DNA of 64,000 nucleotides, taken from Dehalococcoidia bacterium. Its GTDB lineage: Bacteria > Chloroflexota > Dehalococcoidia > Plut-88900. Of the stretch, positions 63,897 through 64,000 are shown in pieces. The notes under the pieces are model-generated. The model saw only the letters and a program-made list of their open reading frames with translations. It did no database searches and had not been told where the DNA came from. Numbering within the stretch: position 1 is the stretch's first letter; each line of letters begins with the position of its first letter. The DNA lies in NCBI GenBank assembly GCA_965249275.1, contig CBDFLQ010000005.1:224001-288000 (forward strand), written 5' to 3'. A program made the translations under genes and the position numbers.

Positions 63897-64000
63897 GGAG
63901 TGGGGGAAGGTTGACGGGTGTCGGGGGTGGGGATAGGGTGGGGGGTTAGGGGCCATAAGCATAGGATATATGCTGGCCACAATAACTACCCATCACTCTA

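Overview
GC-rich bacterial chromosome segment. The gene content and GAAC-N4-GTTC-type SOS boxes suggest Chloroflexota/Dehalococcoidia, SAR202-like and possibly host-associated (inference). It carries housekeeping genes (argC, nth, tldD/pmbA, split transketolase, uvrA, leuS, tRNA-Glu) and a Trp T-box-controlled trp operon (trpE, five SDR paralogs, trpGDCFB; no trpA in the window). Defence/TA loci are a type I RM system whose M-S fusion has an in-frame TAA, hicAB with a TAA in hicA, higBA, an orphan hicB and GmrSD. There are also two LRR surface proteins, two orphan polyamine-type binding lipoproteins and many REP-like palindromes. The main unexplained signal is a dispersed family of ~0.7-1.05 kb apparently non-coding cassettes: five minus-strand copies plus one promoter-only relative. 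Each has a sigma70 promoter with a LexA-like box abutting the -10, and a conserved long-range stem closing a 320-485 nt hairpin-rich variable domain, followed by an A/C-rich tail. Four share a ~190-nt leader, and in three the 3' end sits in fixed phase with the -35 of a downstream housekeeping promoter. All comparisons were made by eye; no searches or folding programs were run.
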